From the NCBI GenBank assembly GCA_045639565.1, contig JAZUDH010000092.1, positions 29,466 through 93,465 on the forward strand: a DNA stretch of 64,000 nt. The letters run 5' to 3'. The notes beneath the pieces are model-generated. The model ran no database searches, had not been told where the DNA came from, and saw only the letters and a list, made by a program, of their open reading frames with translations. Shown here piece by piece: positions 27,601 through 39,435 of this stretch. Both the position numbers and the translations under genes were made by a program. The stretch comes from Lachnospiraceae bacterium. GTDB taxonomy: Bacteria > Bacillota > Clostridia > Lachnospirales > Lachnospiraceae. Every line of letters starts with the position of its first letter. The stretch's first letter is position 1.

Positions 27601-28146
27601 GCAGTTGGATATGATTTGTACTGCAAAATGCTTAATACAGCAGTAATGCGCAAAAAAGGTCTTAAGAGTGAGGAAGATTTCTTGACTTCAATAGATCTTG
27701 ATGTGGATGCATTCATTCCATCGGAATACATCTTAAATGAAGTTCAAAAACTAGATACATATAAGCGAATTGCGGCGCTAGAATCGGATGCAGAGTGCGC
27801 TGATATGAGGGATGAACTCAAAGATCGTTTTGGCGATGTGCCTAAAGAGGCAGAGAACTTAATAAAGGTAGCAGGACTTAGAAATAAGGCGCATAGATTA
27901 TATATTACTGATGTGAGAGGTAGAAATGGCGAAATAACATTCACTTTTAAGCCAGATGCTAAAATAAAAACTGAAAATCTGGGCGAGCTCTTAAGTAGAC
28001 ATATGAAGCATCTTAATATGTACGCTAAGGGCACACCGGTGTTTACATATAGCTACAGACCGGTTGGAGAAGTGGGAAAAGATGAAAGGCTTCTTCTTGA
28101 AAATACTGAGATGATGTTAAATGAAATGATAAGTCTTTTATTATAG
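24625..28146 (+). CDS. mfd: Transcription-repair coupling factor
   Basis: 1173 aa. Has 'CGDVGFGKTEVA', 'MIDEEQRFG' and 'RGRVGRS', and shows the conserved pth-mfd linkage. Confidence 0.95.
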   Translation: MNTLISPLYDSTGFKEARELLNKKNKRVSVSGCVDSEKWNMAYGLSDDFKNKIIVTYNDIRVKEIYEDYRMYDKNARMYPAKDAIFYQADVHGNKITKDRIGCIKRILKGVPCTIITTFGGLMNAQSELSLIKQNLLNLYVGGVISERDISKRLLALGYEKTYQVEQGGQYSIRGGIVDIFDLTEENPYRLELWGDEITSLRSFDVLSQRSIERLESVTIYPATELPLSEDDLLGGMRAILDETQKTVALMRKNGNPEAAHRLEVTGEEVREQITELPWTFNADSYIRYFCKDLQSIADYLPDAVIILDEPGRIEEHADAVELEFRESMKARLEKGYILPGQTNILLSGAKILAKLSNRTVIMLSTMTPKNYIVQPDLKFSIVSRSIPSYNNTFSELIRDLKNYRKQGYRVLILSGSRTRAERLAKDLCDNDITSFFTEDRQHTLIPGEIATMYGRVLKGFEYPDLKFVVISENDIFGAKEKKKRKKHDYEGKKVQNFDDLHVGDYVVHESFGIGVYCGIEKVAVDKVTKDYMRIEYRDGGVLYVPATNLEAIMKYASSDAKKPKINKLGTKEWSNTTSKVKTAVNEVAEELVTLYAERREHVGYRFGEDTVWQQEFEELFPYEETEDQLEAIAATKEDMMSDKIMDRLVCGDVGFGKTEVAIRAAFKAVQDGKQVAFLVPTTILAEQHYNTFVERMKDFPVKVGQLSRFVPKSEQKKVLEDLKKGMVDIVIGTHRLLSSDVVFKDLGLLMIDEEQRFGVTHKEKIKQIKSDVDVLTLTATPIPRTLHMSLIGIRDMSLLEEAPNDRLPIQTYVMEYNEEMVREAISRELSRNGQVYYVYNRVNNIADVTAAIQKLVPDANVAFAHGQMKETEIERIMYDFIRGDIDVLVSTTIIETGIDIPNVNTIIIHDSDKMGLSQLYQLRGRVGRSNRTAYAFLMYKRDKMLEEIAEKRLQTIREFTDLGSGYKIAMKDLEIRGAGNILGMSQHGHMAAVGYDLYCKMLNTAVMRKKGLKSEEDFLTSIDLDVDAFIPSEYILNEVQKLDTYKRIAALESDAECADMRDELKDRFGDVPKEAENLIKVAGLRNKAHRLYITDVRGRNGEITFTFKPDAKIKTENLGELLSRHMKHLNMYAKGTPVFTYSYRPVGEVGKDERLLLENTEMMLNEMISLLL

Positions 28147-28328
28147 AGAGATTTTTAATGCCTTTTGTCATATCAAAAGGGAAGAATTGAACAAAATATA
28201 CTGATAATTACACTTTGCGTACATGAACAATCAATTAAAAAAGAGTAAAATACTTGAAATTGATTGAATACTCAATGAAAAATTGCTATCATAAATGTGA
28301 ATGTTTTGACAAAGGACAAGAGGGCATC

Positions 28329-28589
28329 ATGAGCAAATTTTCTGACATTTCAAAGAGCATTACGATGATAGGCCAGTTAGGGTTATCTATTATTATGCCT
28401 ACGCTCATATGTATTTTTGTGTGCTGGTTCATTACTTCTAAAACAAATGTTGGATCGTGGATTTATATCGTCGGATTTTTCTTTGGCATAGGCTCGTCTT
28501 TTATGACTGCCTACAAATTCTACCAGCAAGAAGTTCACAAACTTAAGAAAAATAAGAAGAAAAAAGTCTCGTTTAACTCTCATTTATAA
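28329..28589 (+). CDS. atpZ: AtpZ/AtpI-like small membrane protein at the head of the atp operon
   Basis: Start moved to MSKFSDISK. Two predicted TM helices, a basic tail, and a position directly before atpI/atpB. Confidence 0.55.
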   Translation: MSKFSDISKSITMIGQLGLSIIMPTLICIFVCWFITSKTNVGSWIYIVGFFFGIGSSFMTAYKFYQQEVHKLKKNKKKKVSFNSHL

Positions 28590-28606
28590 TTGGAGTGATA
28601 GAATAT

Positions 28607-29080
28607 ATGGATAAGTCTAAATTTGAATTGCAGCCTGCAATCAAAAAGGAAACAAAAAATGTGGCGCTTTATACGCTTGTAGGTATTGTAATCATGTACG
28701 TGGGGTTTGTTTTGTACAAATTCCTACTTCCTATAGAAAGCAAGGTAAACTATGGATATTTTGACTATAGGATATTTTTAGGAGCATTCTGTGGTGGAAT
28801 TGTTGCGGTGCTTAATTTCTTTTTTATGGCACTTGCTGTACAAAGAGTCACTTCAGTGGATGATGATAAGGTTGCTCGTAGCATTATGAAGAAAAGCTAC
28901 TCTCAGAGAATGCTACTGCAAATAGTATGGGTGATAGTTGCGATTGCAGCTGAGTGTTTCCAGCCAGTTGCAGGAATATTACCACTCTTATTCCCTACCT
29001 TGGGAATTAAACTTAAAGGTATTATTGATGTTAAAAAATCTTTAAGACAGGAGGTGGATCGAAAGCAAGATGGAAATTGA
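28607..29080 (+). CDS. atpI: ATP synthase protein I
   Basis: About 157 aa with four hydrophobic segments. Immediately precedes and overlaps atpB. Start taken at the ATG after the GGAGTG RBS. Confidence 0.6.
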   Translation: MDKSKFELQPAIKKETKNVALYTLVGIVIMYVGFVLYKFLLPIESKVNYGYFDYRIFLGAFCGGIVAVLNFFFMALAVQRVTSVDDDKVARSIMKKSYSQRMLLQIVWVIVAIAAECFQPVAGILPLLFPTLGIKLKGIIDVKKSLRQEVDRKQDGN

Positions 29081-29828
29081 TGTTTTAGGCCCAAAAGTCT
29101 ATGCTGAATTACCTTGGGACATACCAGTCTTAGGAAAGATTCAAATCAGCGAGACTTTAGTGGTAAGCTGGATTGTAATGCTGATTATTACAGTCCTGTG
29201 CATTATTTTGACCCGTAACCTTAAAGTTGATAACATTTCTAAGCGACAGGCCTTTGCTGAAATGCTGGTTGAAATGGCTGATAACTTTGTAATCGGTAAC
29301 GCGGGCAAGAAGTTTGTCAAACTAGTTCCCTTTGTGGCAGCTTTGTTTGCAACCAGTCTTGTTTCAAACTTAATCAGCCTTACGGGACTACGTAGTCCCA
29401 CAGCAGATTTGAATACAGAAGCAGCATGGGCTATTGTTGTATTCACTATGATTACTGCTCAAAAGATTAAGACAAACGGCTTTGGAGGATACTTAAAAGG
29501 ATTTACAACACCTATTGCGGTAATGACTCCTTTCAATATCTTGTCCGAATTAGCTACGCCTATCAGCTTGGCTTGCCGTCACTTTGGTAACATCCTTTCA
29601 GGTATCGTTATCAACGGTCTAATCTATGCGTCTCTTGCACTTGCCAGCTCAAAGTTATTTGGACTAATCCCTGGTAAAGTTGGATATGTGTTATCACATA
29701 TTCCATTCTTAAGCGTTGGTGTACCAGCAGTTTTATCTGTTTACTTTGACTGGTTTACTGGTGTAATGCAGGCTTTCATTTTCTGTATGCTGACAGTAAT
29801 GTATATTGCTAATGCAGCAGAAGAATAA
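29070..29828 (+). CDS. atpB: F0F1 ATP synthase subunit a
   Basis: 252 aa polytopic protein. The conserved Arg region 'LACRHFGNILSG' fits the a-subunit helix 4/5 signature. Confidence 0.9.
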   Translation: MEIDVLGPKVYAELPWDIPVLGKIQISETLVVSWIVMLIITVLCIILTRNLKVDNISKRQAFAEMLVEMADNFVIGNAGKKFVKLVPFVAALFATSLVSNLISLTGLRSPTADLNTEAAWAIVVFTMITAQKIKTNGFGGYLKGFTTPIAVMTPFNILSELATPISLACRHFGNILSGIVINGLIYASLALASSKLFGLIPGKVGYVLSHIPFLSVGVPAVLSVYFDWFTGVMQAFIFCMLTVMYIANAAEE

Positions 29829-29856
29829 TTTAAAACTTAATATGAAAAATAATTAA

Positions 29857-30159
<303 letters not shown>

Positions 30160-30196
30160 TTAAAAAGTAAAGAACCTAAGGAGGTTATGAAGTCTA

Positions 30197-30697
30197 ATGA
30201 ATCAGGACTTAGTTACAATTATTCCCTGGACTCTCATAGCGCAGTTATGCAACCTTTTCATTCAGGTATTACTGATCAAGAAGTTTCTCTTTAAACCCAT
30301 TAGAGAGATTCTTGAAAAGCGTAAAGCTAAGGCAGATGCAGAAATCTTAGATGCTACTAAAGCAAAAGAAGATGCGTTGGCAATGAAATCAGAATATGAG
30401 CAGAACATGCAGGAAGCTAAGAATAAAGCAAATGAAATCCTTGCTACAGCTCAGAAAACAGCTACTTTACAGAGTGAAGAAATCTTACGCGAAGCTAATG
30501 CACAGGCAGTGCAGATTAAGACAAAGGCTGAGCGTGATATTGAACAGGAAAAACGTAAAGCGGTTAATGATATCAAGAATGAAATCGGTGGCATGGCACT
30601 TGAGATTGCTGGTAAGGTAATCGAACGTGAAGTAAGCGCTGAAGACCATACAAAATTAATTGATGAATTTATAAATAAAGTAGGAGATAAGTCATGA
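30197..30697 (+). CDS. atpF: F0F1 ATP synthase subunit b
   Basis: 166 aa with an N-terminal TM helix and a long charged helix. AAGGAGG RBS 12 nt upstream. Confidence 0.88.
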   Translation: MNQDLVTIIPWTLIAQLCNLFIQVLLIKKFLFKPIREILEKRKAKADAEILDATKAKEDALAMKSEYEQNMQEAKNKANEILATAQKTATLQSEEILREANAQAVQIKTKAERDIEQEKRKAVNDIKNEIGGMALEIAGKVIEREVSAEDHTKLIDEFINKVGDKS

Positions 30698-31233
30698 CAG
30701 AACATGCCAGAGTATATGGTGGCAGCCTTTATGACTTAGCTGCCGAAGAACAGCTCACAGAAGCTATTAAGAATGATATGCAGGAGATCAAACAGATATT
30801 TTGCGACAATCCCGATTATATCAGGTTACTGTCTGAACCTTCAATTAAGAAGGACGAGCGTACCGATCTGATCGAAAAAGCTTTCGGTGACGGAGCGCAG
30901 CGTTATTTAGTTAATTTCCTGAAAATCTTATGTGAAAAAGGTCTCTTAGGAGAAGTCGGAGGATGCTTCGACGAATTCACAAGAAGATATAATGCAGATC
31001 ACAATATAGCTGTTGCAACTGTAACAAGTGCTATTGAGCTAAGTGATCAGCAAAAGGCAGCATTAAAGGATAAACTTAAAGCTACAAGTGGCAAGGATAT
31101 TGAACTTGTAACAAAGGTAGATCCTACAGTAGTTGCAGGAATTAAAGTTGAACTTGAAGGAAAGCAGCTAGATGGAACAGTAGTGGGCCGTCTAGACAGT
31201 ATTTCTAAGAAACTGAGCGAAATAAAATTATAA
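30694..31233 (+). CDS. atpH: F0F1 ATP synthase subunit delta
   Basis: 179 aa OSCP/delta-like protein, in the expected operon position. Confidence 0.88.
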   Translation: MTEHARVYGGSLYDLAAEEQLTEAIKNDMQEIKQIFCDNPDYIRLLSEPSIKKDERTDLIEKAFGDGAQRYLVNFLKILCEKGLLGEVGGCFDEFTRRYNADHNIAVATVTSAIELSDQQKAALKDKLKATSGKDIELVTKVDPTVVAGIKVELEGKQLDGTVVGRLDSISKKLSEIKL

Positions 31234-31248
31234 GGATGGAATGGAAAA

Positions 31249-32769
31249 ATGCAATTAAAACCTGAAGAGATATCCAAGGTCATCCGTAGCCAGATTAAAT
31301 ATTACGAAAACTCTATTCAGCAGAATGAAACAGGTACAATTCTTAATGTAGGTGATGGTATTGCACGTGCAAGCGGACTTGTAAACTGTATGGCCGGCGA
31401 GCTTCTTGAATTTGAAGATGGAAGCTTCGGAATGGCTCAGAACCTTGAAGAGAATAGCGTATCAATCGTATTATTTGGTTCAGACGAGAACATTGGTGAA
31501 GGTCAGACCGTTAAGCGTACAGGCAAGGTAGTTTCTGTACCCGTTGGTGATGCTTTGATCGGACGTGTAGTTAATGCATTAGGACAGCCTATTGATGGTG
31601 CAGGTCCTATCGCAACAGACGAATTCCGTGCAATCGAAAGCCCTGCACCCGGTATTTGCGAAAGACAGTCAGTATTTGAACCCTTACAGACAGGTATCAA
31701 AGCTATCGACTCTATGATTCCTATCGGACGTGGTCAGCGTGAGTTAATCATTGGTGACCGTCAGACAGGTAAAACTACAATTGCTACAGATACAATCATT
31801 AACCAGAAGGGAAAAGACGTTATCTGTATTTATGTAGCTATTGGACAGAAGCGTTCAACAGTTACAACATTAGTTGAAAACCTTACTAAGAACGGTGCTA
31901 TGGACTACACAATTGTAGTTGCCGCTACTGCTTCTGAAGCAAGCCCTTTACAGTACATAGCTCCTTACTCAGGATGTGCTATGGGCGAATACTTCATGCA
32001 TAAGGGAAAGCACGTTCTTGTTATTTATGATGATTTAAGTAAGCACGCTGTTGCATACCGTGCACTTTCATTACTTATCCGCCGTCCACCCGGACGTGAA
32101 GCTTATCCTGGTGATGTATTCTACTTACATTCACGTCTCCTTGAAAGAGCAGCTAAGCTTGACGCTGAACATGGTAGCGGATCACTTACAGCATTACCTA
32201 TTATTGAAACACAGGCTGGTGACGTTTCAGCATATATCCCTACAAACGTAATTTCTATTACTGATGGTCAGATATTCCTTGAAACAGAACTTTTCCACTC
32301 AGGTGTAATGCCTGCTGTTAACCCTGGTATTTCAGTATCACGAGTAGGTGGTAATGCTCAGATTAAGGCTATGAAGAAGGTAGCCGGTACATTAAAGCTT
32401 ATTTACTCTCAGTATAGAGAATTACAGAGCTTCGCACAGTTTGGTTCAGATCTTGATGCAGATACAAAGTCTCGTCTTGATCAGGGCGCCAGAATTGTGG
32501 AAGTATTAAAGCAGAATCAGAACTCTCCTATCCCTGTTGAAAAGCAGGTAGCTATCATCTATGCGGTAACAAAGAACATGTTAGCTAAAGTTCAGGTAGA
32601 AGATATCAAAGCATTCGAAGCTGGATTGTATACTTTCCTTGATACAGATGCAGAAGGTGCTGCAGCAATGCAGGCTATACGCACAACTGGTAAGCTTGAA
32701 GCTGAAACTGAAGCTCAGTTAAAGGCAAGCTTAGAAAGCTATACTAACGATTTCTTGAGTACTAAATAA
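31249..32769 (+). CDS. atpA: F0F1 ATP synthase subunit alpha
   Basis: 506 aa with the P-loop 'GDRQTGKTT'. Confidence 0.97.
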   Translation: MQLKPEEISKVIRSQIKYYENSIQQNETGTILNVGDGIARASGLVNCMAGELLEFEDGSFGMAQNLEENSVSIVLFGSDENIGEGQTVKRTGKVVSVPVGDALIGRVVNALGQPIDGAGPIATDEFRAIESPAPGICERQSVFEPLQTGIKAIDSMIPIGRGQRELIIGDRQTGKTTIATDTIINQKGKDVICIYVAIGQKRSTVTTLVENLTKNGAMDYTIVVAATASEASPLQYIAPYSGCAMGEYFMHKGKHVLVIYDDLSKHAVAYRALSLLIRRPPGREAYPGDVFYLHSRLLERAAKLDAEHGSGSLTALPIIETQAGDVSAYIPTNVISITDGQIFLETELFHSGVMPAVNPGISVSRVGGNAQIKAMKKVAGTLKLIYSQYRELQSFAQFGSDLDADTKSRLDQGARIVEVLKQNQNSPIPVEKQVAIIYAVTKNMLAKVQVEDIKAFEAGLYTFLDTDAEGAAAMQAIRTTGKLEAETEAQLKASLESYTNDFLSTK

Positions 32770-32785
32770 TACAGGAGGAATATAA

Positions 32786-33640
32786 ATGGCTGCAAACATG
32801 AAAGCGGTAAAGCTGCGTATTAAGAGTGTTCAGAACACAATGCAGATTACCAAAGCTATGGAACTTGTAGCATCCTCCAAACTGCGTAGAGCCAAAGAAC
32901 GTTCTGAAAACTGCCGTCCTTACTTTACAGAGCTTTATGCGACCTTAAAAGGAATTGCAAAAGGAAACACCGATTTTTCTAGCAAGTATGCCAAAGAAAA
33001 TGATAACGAGAAAATCTGTTACGTAGTAATTGCTGGTGACAGAGGACTTGCTGGTGGATACAATGGCAACCTGTTTAAGTGCATGGAAGCTGATTCAAAG
33101 GGCAAGGATTATATGGTTCTTCCTATAGGAAAGAAATCATTAGAGTATTTCAAACGTAAGAATAAAGAAGTCATAAGCGAAGAATACGGAGAAATTGCTC
33201 CCATCAACGTTGCAGACTGCTTTGAAATGGCTAAGCTTTTGTGCAGTGAGTTTAAAAAAGGATCATTTGGTCATGTAAAACTTGTTTATACAGAATTTGT
33301 TTCAATGTTATCGCAACAGCCTCATGCTGTATCGGTGCTTCCTCTTTCAGAGTTAAGTGAAGATGATAACAAAGAACCTATTCGTGATTTGATTCTCTAT
33401 GAACCTAATAGTACAGAAGTGTTTGACGCTATTGTTCCTGAATATGTAGCTGGCGTAATTTATGGTGCTGTATGCGATTCACTCGCCAGTGAACAGGCAG
33501 CACGTAGAACAGCAATGGAATCAGCAACAAGCAATGCTGAGGAAATGATTGATAAGTTGAGCCTTAATTACAACCGTGCTCGTCAGGCAAGCATTACGCA
33601 GGAAATCACTGAGATTGTCGGAGGTGCTGAAGGCATCTAA
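32786..33640 (+). CDS. atpG: F0F1 ATP synthase subunit gamma
   Basis: 284 aa, with 'IKSVQNTMQITKAMELVA' and a C-terminal 'RQASITQEITEIVGGAE'. Confidence 0.95.
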   Translation: MAANMKAVKLRIKSVQNTMQITKAMELVASSKLRRAKERSENCRPYFTELYATLKGIAKGNTDFSSKYAKENDNEKICYVVIAGDRGLAGGYNGNLFKCMEADSKGKDYMVLPIGKKSLEYFKRKNKEVISEEYGEIAPINVADCFEMAKLLCSEFKKGSFGHVKLVYTEFVSMLSQQPHAVSVLPLSELSEDDNKEPIRDLILYEPNSTEVFDAIVPEYVAGVIYGAVCDSLASEQAARRTAMESATSNAEEMIDKLSLNYNRARQASITQEITEIVGGAEGI

Positions 33641-33649
33641 TCATAATAA

Positions 33650-35062
<1,413 letters not shown>

Positions 35063-35073
35063 GGAGGCTGTCT

Positions 35074-35475
35074 ATGGCGACATTTCCATTACGAATCGGA
35101 ACACCCGATGGGTTGCTATTCGAAGGTGATGTTGAGCGCGTAATGTGTAGAAGCATCACAGGAGATCTTGCTATTTTAGCTGGACACTGCAATTATGTTA
35201 CTGCTCTTGGTATGGGAGAAGCATATATTAAACTTCCAGACGGTACTAAGAGAACAGCCGCATGTATTGGTGGTATGTTAAGCGTTATGGATGGTTCTTG
35301 CCATCTGCTTGCAACAACCTGGGAGTGGGCTGAAGACATTGATGTAGAACGTGCTACAAATGCTAAGAACAAGGCCGAAGAAATCCTTGCACAGGCTAAC
35401 GCTGATGAAAAGGAACTAAGACTTGCACAAGCTAAACTTAGCAGAGCTTTAGTAAGATTAAGCGTAAAATCCTAA
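35074..35475 (+). CDS. atpC: F0F1 ATP synthase subunit epsilon
   Basis: 133 aa; last gene of the operon. Confidence 0.93.
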   Translation: MATFPLRIGTPDGLLFEGDVERVMCRSITGDLAILAGHCNYVTALGMGEAYIKLPDGTKRTAACIGGMLSVMDGSCHLLATTWEWAEDIDVERATNAKNKAEEILAQANADEKELRLAQAKLSRALVRLSVKS

Positions 35476-35485
35476 AATATAGTTC

Positions 35486-35522
35486 AAAAATCCCGTTCTC
35501 AAGAGAGAGCGGGATTTTTTTG
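35486..35522 (+). terminator. Intrinsic terminator of the atp operon
   Basis: aaaaatcccgttctc-aaga-gagagcgggattttttt. Confidence 0.75.
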
Positions 35523-35746
35523 TGCAATGCCAAATTGGTTAATATGAAAGGTGTAAGCGCATACAAAAGGGCAAAGTGCACAAAAAAAGTTAGCGAAATA
35601 TGATAATAATAGACAATATGATATTCAAAATGGGATTACGTTGGCAATATTTGATAATCTAGTGGCAAGTATTGACAAGAATTAAGACATATTGCACTTT
35701 AAAATACTTCTTATAAAGTAAAAAATGTAAGGGGTTACATAGAAAT

Positions 35747-36700
35747 ATGGCAAAAGAAAAAGCAGTTTATAAAGCTCCCCGCACTAAGGGTAGCACATTA
35801 AGATACTTTAAAAGATATTGGCAGCTCTATGCTTTGGTTGCTTTGCCTATTATTTATCTACTAGTCTTTAAATATCTACCGATGAAAAATATCATCATCG
35901 CATTTAAGGAATATAAGCTTAATATGCCACTTCACAAAATGCCCTGGGCTTCAAACCATGGTATGAAGTATTTTATTAAAGCCTTTGGAAATGCAGACTT
36001 TATAAGATCACTTAGAAATACAGTTTTATTAAATCTATTAGATTTAGTTGTCGGATTTCCTGCTCCCATTATTTTTGCTTTAATACTGAATGAATTATGC
36101 TTTAAGCATTTTAAAAAGATTGTACAGACTATTGCTTACATGCCTCACTTCCTTTCTTGGGTTATTATCGCAAGCTTAGCGTTAAAGGTATTTGGACCTA
36201 CAGAAGGTTTAGTAAATCAGGTAATCAACTTGATGGGACATGAAAGCATTCCCTTCCTTAATGAATCATCTCACTGGGTAAGAACATACATCGGAATAGG
36301 TGTATGGCAGAACTTTGGTTGGGGATCAATTATTTATCTTGCGGCAATTGCAGGAATTAACACAGAACTTTATGAGGCAGCAGCAGTTGACGGCGCTGGC
36401 CGATTCAAAAAGATGTGGCACATCACTTTACCTGGTATCAAGCCTACAATCGTTGTTCTTTTGATCATGAACTTAGGTGGTATCTTAGGTGGTGGCTTTG
36501 ACAGACCTTATGCTATGCAGAATAAACTTGTAATGGATGTCGCTGAAGTAATTTCAACATTTGTTTACAAGGTTGGTATTCAGAATCTTAAATTCTCTCT
36601 CACAACAGCAGTTGGTTTATTCCAGTCTGTTGTAGGATTGTTCTTCTTGCTTACAGCTAACTGGCTCTCACGTAAGCTCGGTGAACGAGGAATTTGGTAA
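35747..36700 (+). CDS. Sugar ABC transporter permease (LplB-like)
   Basis: 317 aa with six TM segments and the EAA-type loop 'ELYEAAAVDGAGRFKKMWHITLPGIKP'. Confidence 0.88.
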   Translation: MAKEKAVYKAPRTKGSTLRYFKRYWQLYALVALPIIYLLVFKYLPMKNIIIAFKEYKLNMPLHKMPWASNHGMKYFIKAFGNADFIRSLRNTVLLNLLDLVVGFPAPIIFALILNELCFKHFKKIVQTIAYMPHFLSWVIIASLALKVFGPTEGLVNQVINLMGHESIPFLNESSHWVRTYIGIGVWQNFGWGSIIYLAAIAGINTELYEAAAVDGAGRFKKMWHITLPGIKPTIVVLLIMNLGGILGGGFDRPYAMQNKLVMDVAEVISTFVYKVGIQNLKFSLTTAVGLFQSVVGLFFLLTANWLSRKLGERGIW

Positions 36701-36717
36701 GAAGGGGGAATTGAAAC

Positions 36718-37590
36718 ATGAAGGTTAAATCAAGAAGCGCTAAGATTGGCGATTGGGTATTTGTACTTATCTGTATACTAGTAAGTTTGATTTGTGTTAT
36801 TCCAATGCTAAACCTTGCAGCTAAGTCATTATCAAGTACAGAACACCTTGTACGTGGAGATATTTATCTCCTTCCTAAGGGATTTAATTTAGACGCTTAC
36901 AAAATTGTATTGTCTGATATGAAGTATATAAAAGCATTCTTTTGGACAGTATTTTTAACATTTGTATGTACTTTATTATCATTAACAATGACAGCACTTT
37001 GTGCATACCCCTTAATATTTAATGGTTTAAAGGGAAAGGGATTCATCAATATTCTTATTACAATTACAATGTTTTTCAACGCAGGTACAATTCCTAACTA
37101 TCTGCTTATGAAAGCATTACACCTGTTAGATAATCCCTTAGTACTTATTGTACCTAGCTGTTTAAGCATATTTAACATGATCATTATGAGAAGCTTCTTC
37201 TATGGAATACCTGATTCACTTAGAGAATCAGCTGAAATTGATGGAGCAAGTTTCTTTAAGATTTTAATCAAGATATATATTCCATTATCTAAGCCAGTTA
37301 TGGCATCGCTTGCATTGTTCTATGCAGTAGGTAGATGGAATGGATATTCAGATGCTTTGATGTACATGAACAAGAAAGAGTATTATCCGTTGATGTTACT
37401 CTTATACAATATTATTAATAACAAGAACTCAGTTGAAGTTGCCGCACAGGAAGGCTTCTCAATGCCAGGCTTAGGTGAGTCGTTAAAGAGTGCGATTGTA
37501 ATGTTCTCAACTGTACCTATTTTGTTAGTATACCCTTGGTTACAAAAGTATTTCATTGCTGGTGTAACAATGGGCGCTGTAAAGGAATAA
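36718..37590 (+). CDS. Sugar ABC transporter permease (LplC-like)
   Basis: 290 aa with the EAA loop 'SLRESAEIDGASFFKILIKIYIPLSKP'. Confidence 0.88.
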   Translation: MKVKSRSAKIGDWVFVLICILVSLICVIPMLNLAAKSLSSTEHLVRGDIYLLPKGFNLDAYKIVLSDMKYIKAFFWTVFLTFVCTLLSLTMTALCAYPLIFNGLKGKGFINILITITMFFNAGTIPNYLLMKALHLLDNPLVLIVPSCLSIFNMIIMRSFFYGIPDSLRESAEIDGASFFKILIKIYIPLSKPVMASLALFYAVGRWNGYSDALMYMNKKEYYPLMLLLYNIINNKNSVEVAAQEGFSMPGLGESLKSAIVMFSTVPILLVYPWLQKYFIAGVTMGAVKE

Positions 37591-37647
37591 TCGCTTTTCA
37601 TAAGAAAAACGTTAATTCATATTTATTTAAAACCAGGGAGGTTAAAA

Positions 37648-39360
37648 ATGAAAAAGAAAGTTTTAGCAGCATTACTTGCAGCAACAATGACACTTTCACT
37701 TGCTGCTTGTGGATCAAAGGCTCCTGCTACTTCTACAACAGAACCTGCAGTTTCAAAAACAGAATCTGCTCCTACAGTAGAAGCTAAGAGTGATGAACCA
37801 GATGCAAACGGAATGCTCAACGGTAAATTCGTTGACACAAGACACATCTCAGTTGAACTTTATGATCGTTCAGTTGAAGGTGGTACAGAAGCAGGCGATA
37901 ACGCTTGGACACAGTGGATTCAGGCACAGATGCTTGAAAGATACAATGTTGAGGTTGAATTTATTACAGTTTCAAGATGGGACGAAGTAAATGCAATCAA
38001 CAACTTACTTGCAAGCGGTACAGCTCCTGATATCTGCTACACATACTCATATTCTACAATTCAGACATACGCTGATATGGGTGGTGTACTTGACTTAGCT
38101 CCTATCCTTGAAGCTAACAAGGCATTAGTTCCTTCTATGTTTGATTGGTTAGGCGATTCACTTATCTACACAGACCTTGATCCTGCTACAGGAATTCTTT
38201 GGGCTATTGAAGGTAAGAGAAATGAAACATGCCGTATCAACACATTCGTTCGTAAGGACTGGCTTGATGCACTTGGCTTAGCTGAGCCTAAGACAAAGGC
38301 TGAATTTGAAGCAGTATTAGTTGCATTCAGAGATAACGCTGATAAGTTATTAGGCGCTGATGCTTCTAAGATGGTTCCTTTCTCAATGTCATATGACGTA
38401 GGCTGGAGAGCAGCTAACCTTATCGAATCTTTCATGGATCCTGATATCACAGATGAAGAACTCTATGTAAATGGATACGATGACAGAAAGTATACAGAAA
38501 ATGGTGCTAAAGAAGCAGCTAGACTTCTTAACAAGTGGTACAATGATGGCTTAATCTGGAAGGATTTCGCTCTTTCAACAGCAGATGATTCATCAGAAGA
38601 TGATATGATTAAGGCTGGTTTCGTAGGTGCATTCATGCACAACTACGACTATCCTTTCCGTGGCGGTGTAGATTCAATCAACGCTACATTAAAGGCAATG
38701 CGTGGTGACGATGCTAAGTTCGTAGCAGTTAACTGTTTCGAAGACAAGAATGGTAAATATACAAAGTATAGATATTCAGAAGGTGGAGACCGTAAGGTAT
38801 TCTTCCCTGCAACAAATGACGAACCTGTAGCTTCTCTTTGCTACTTAGAGTTCATGTCACAGGCTGCTACAGTTGAATACTTACAGGCTGGTGAAGAAGG
38901 AATCAACCATACAGTAGCTCCTAACGGTGCTTGGGTTCTTATTTCTGATCCTGAAGGACATCATGAATATTTCGTTAACTCAGGTAAGAACATCGATATG
39001 ACAATCAACTGTAACGGTTTAAGACTTGCAACAGAAGAACTTACAAACCTTTCACTTGCTTACTCATATCCTGAAGTAGATCCCGCTGACGTTCAGCAGG
39101 CTATCGAGGCAGCTAAGCTTGACGCTAGAGCTCCTAAGACAGTAAGCGTTGGTGACATCGCAGCTGAAGCTGAGGGAACAGACCTTTCTGGTAAGAGAGA
39201 TGAAGGTTACGATAATTCAATCGTTGCTTCTGTAGCAGATTTCGATTCAGTTTGGGACAAGTTCATGTCTGAATACATGGCAGCCGGTGGACAGGCTATC
39301 ATGGAAGAAAGACAGGAAGCTTGGGATAGAACATACGGCGATGCTACAATGCTTCCATAA
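37648..39360 (+). CDS. Extracellular solute-binding lipoprotein (large LplA-like family-1 SBP)
   Basis: 570 aa with the lipobox 'LSLAACGS'. Follows the two permease genes. Confidence 0.88.
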   Translation: MKKKVLAALLAATMTLSLAACGSKAPATSTTEPAVSKTESAPTVEAKSDEPDANGMLNGKFVDTRHISVELYDRSVEGGTEAGDNAWTQWIQAQMLERYNVEVEFITVSRWDEVNAINNLLASGTAPDICYTYSYSTIQTYADMGGVLDLAPILEANKALVPSMFDWLGDSLIYTDLDPATGILWAIEGKRNETCRINTFVRKDWLDALGLAEPKTKAEFEAVLVAFRDNADKLLGADASKMVPFSMSYDVGWRAANLIESFMDPDITDEELYVNGYDDRKYTENGAKEAARLLNKWYNDGLIWKDFALSTADDSSEDDMIKAGFVGAFMHNYDYPFRGGVDSINATLKAMRGDDAKFVAVNCFEDKNGKYTKYRYSEGGDRKVFFPATNDEPVASLCYLEFMSQAATVEYLQAGEEGINHTVAPNGAWVLISDPEGHHEYFVNSGKNIDMTINCNGLRLATEELTNLSLAYSYPEVDPADVQQAIEAAKLDARAPKTVSVGDIAAEAEGTDLSGKRDEGYDNSIVASVADFDSVWDKFMSEYMAAGGQAIMEERQEAWDRTYGDATMLP

Positions 39361-39394
39361 TCTTTAATCAGATTGATTAGTAGATAACAATAAT

Positions 39395-39428
39395 AAAGGC
39401 TTATGATTCGTATGAATCATAAGCCTTT
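39395..39428. terminator. Bidirectional intrinsic terminator between the SBP gene and mscL
   Basis: aaaggcttatgattc-gta-tgaatcataagccttt. Confidence 0.7.
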
Positions 39429-39435
39429 AATAATA

